Shown: positions 62,301-64,000 of the stretch, piece by piece
Layout: each line of letters opens with the position of its first letter
Numbering within the stretch: position 1 is the stretch's first letter
Source: Prasinococcaceae sp. CCMP 1430
Lineage: Eukaryota; Plantae; Prasinodermophyta
Direction: 5' to 3'
NCBI GenBank assembly: GCA_013416795.1
Contig: RQSC01000029.1
Location: 8,748-72,747, forward strand
Length of the DNA: 64,000 bases
Notes under the pieces: model-generated
Database searches by the model: none
What the model was told of the DNA's origin: nothing
The model's input: the letters and a program-made list of their open reading frames with translations, nothing else
Translations under genes and position numbers: made by a program

Positions 62301-63389
62301 CCGGCGACGGCCTCCATGGGAGAGTCGCCCTGCGGGTTGGCGCGCGTGTGCGCCATTGCGCGGGGCCGCCCGCCCCCCTTGGCGCCGTGCGCGTCGTGCG
62401 CGTCGTGCGCGTGCTCCGCCAGCACCAGCATCGAGGTCGTGTCAGCATCGCCGCTCTCCTCGCTGTCCGTGGCATCCACGAGGCACGGAGCGCTGTCGCC
62501 GAGTCGCCGCATGCGCCACACGTGCGTCCAGAGGTTCTGCAGCTCGTTGGGGCGCAGCGGTTTCACCAGGTAGTCCGCCGCGCCGCACTTGAGGCAGCCC
62601 ACCACTTGGCGCGTATCGTTGTGCGCGCCCATCACCACGGTGGGCATGCGGCAGAGCCCCTCGTGGCGCGCGAGCGAGCGCATGAGCGCAAGCGCGGTGC
62701 CCTCGGGCGTGGAGACCTCCGTCACGATCAGGTCGAACTGCGCGTCGCCCTCGGCGGGGCTCCGCTGCTTTTGCTCGCGCTCGAGCTCGAGCTCGCGCTC
62801 GCGTTCGCGTTCGCGCTCGCGTTCGCGCTCGCGTGCAGCATGTGCCTCCGCCTGCCTCTGCTTCTCGGCTGCGGCAGCGGCCTTGCCCTTGCTGACGCTG
62901 CGCGTCTGGCGCGTGTTCGCGGCCGTCTTGTCCGCAGCGGCCTGTGGATCGAGGCGCCGCGTGCATGCAAGCGCGCGAGCAAGCGTGTCAGCTTCGCAAG
63001 GGCGTGCACGGAGAGAATGCAGGCCGACGCGGCGCGTGCCGGCGCTCGAGCGGGCGCGGTCGGTGAGGGCGCACCTCCGTGTCCTGCTCCCGCTGGCCCT
63101 GCCCCTCGGTGGATCGCTGCATCTCATGCGACGAGCGCCCGAGCAGCAGGTCCGCCGCCTCGAGGCACGTGGCCACCGCCGTCACCGTGTACTTGCAGCT
63201 GTCCTCGAGCACGGAGCGCAGCGCCTCGCGCTCGCGATCGTCGGGTTCAACGAGCAGCACGCGCATGGAGCGCTTGAGCTGCCCAGCCGTGCCCGCGAGC
63301 GCCGCCTGGGAGCCCTTCTTGTGCGCGCTCTTGCCGCCGCCGCACGTGCCCGCCGCGTTGGGCACCGGCGGCGGCGGCATCGGACCCAT
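59399..63389 (-). CDS. Pseudo-response regulator (TOC1/PRR clock family): pseudo-receiver plus CCT; intron 63074-62942
   Basis: RVLLVE, DLIVTEV (Asp to Glu), GAADYLVKPLRPNELQNLWTHVWR, SAFAAYS, CCT RAAALEKFREKRK.RTF.KKIRY.SRKKLAE.RPR.RGQF. Confidence 0.94.
61600..61930. repeat. (Gly-Asn)n coding repeat with a duplicated GYSATGNGNGNGN unit in the PRR
   Basis: TTGCCA/TTGCCG hexamer arrays. Confidence 0.85.
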
Positions 63390-64000
63390 CGCGAGGGCGC
63401 GTCGGCGGGTGCGCCGGTTGGCGGCGGGCGGCAGGCGCTCGCTGTTCCCCCCTCACGCGCGGCGCGGGTCGCGCCTCTCCTTGGTCCCCTTTTTTTGGTC
63501 CCTCCTTCGGTCGGCCTTCCGCGGCCGCAGCCGCGCGCCGCATCTCCGCCCGCGCGGCCTCTGCCACCCCTCCACCCCCCGCACGTGCTCACCGCTGCCT
63601 CCCCCGCTGCCGCCCCCGACGCCACGCTGCTGCGCCCGCGCGCGCGCGAAAACGTCGACGTTTGGGCTTTGTCGAATTCATAAGGGTTTTCTTGGCCGTT
63701 TCGACGTCAGGGTCCATATATCAGCTGGCGCGCCTTCGATTTGACCTGGATCTCGCGCGCCGGGCGTGCGCTCGCGGCGCGCCCCGGCAGCTCGAGCTCG
63801 TGTCTCATCGGAGCGAGCGAAGTCGATGAGAGCCCGGGTGGGGGCGGCGGGGTGCGCGTGCGTGCTGCGCGGCGCCACAGAGCGCGCCGCGGACGCCCGG
63901 CCGCCCTTCCCGCCGCATCTCGCAGCTCGCGCGGGGCGAGGGGTTGCGGAGGGGCCGCTGCGGGGGTTCGCGCTCGCTGCGGCGCATCCCAGGGCCGCCC

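Overview
GC-rich, intron-containing eukaryotic nuclear DNA from a green alga of prasinophyte grade. Prasinoderma-like is my unverified best guess from the 18S and genome style. The window is gene-dense, with about 28 protein genes: E2F, cysteine synthase, an adenylate kinase/DNL zinc-finger fusion, ELMOD, P4-ATPase, UTP7, a BAR-like protein, FAM72, GNAT, a METTL21-type methyltransferase, a J-domain protein, CTU1, TGD3, riboflavin synthase, TBC RabGAP, RWP-RK, Nup50, DMT, a PGA1-like protein, HCCS, DRC8, a GATA/AT-hook protein, RSPH10B, glycerol kinase and a PRR clock gene. It also holds one rDNA unit (ETS-18S-ITS1-5.8S-ITS2-28S) whose 18S carries an S1506 group IC1 intron and whose 28S is 3'-truncated. 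The 28.6-32.2 kb region shows assembly trouble: a 307-bp duplication, N gaps, and a bacterial PbrT/FTR1 fragment with its MerR-type operator fused in frame to an algal gene. Best candidates for novel biology are the ADK-Hep1 fusion, the algal FAM72, the J-domain/beta-barrel protein and the Tudor-like/AT-hook/GATA protein. Family calls come from motif recognition by eye, and intron boundaries were inferred by hand from GT-AG sites, CTGAC branch points and frame continuity.
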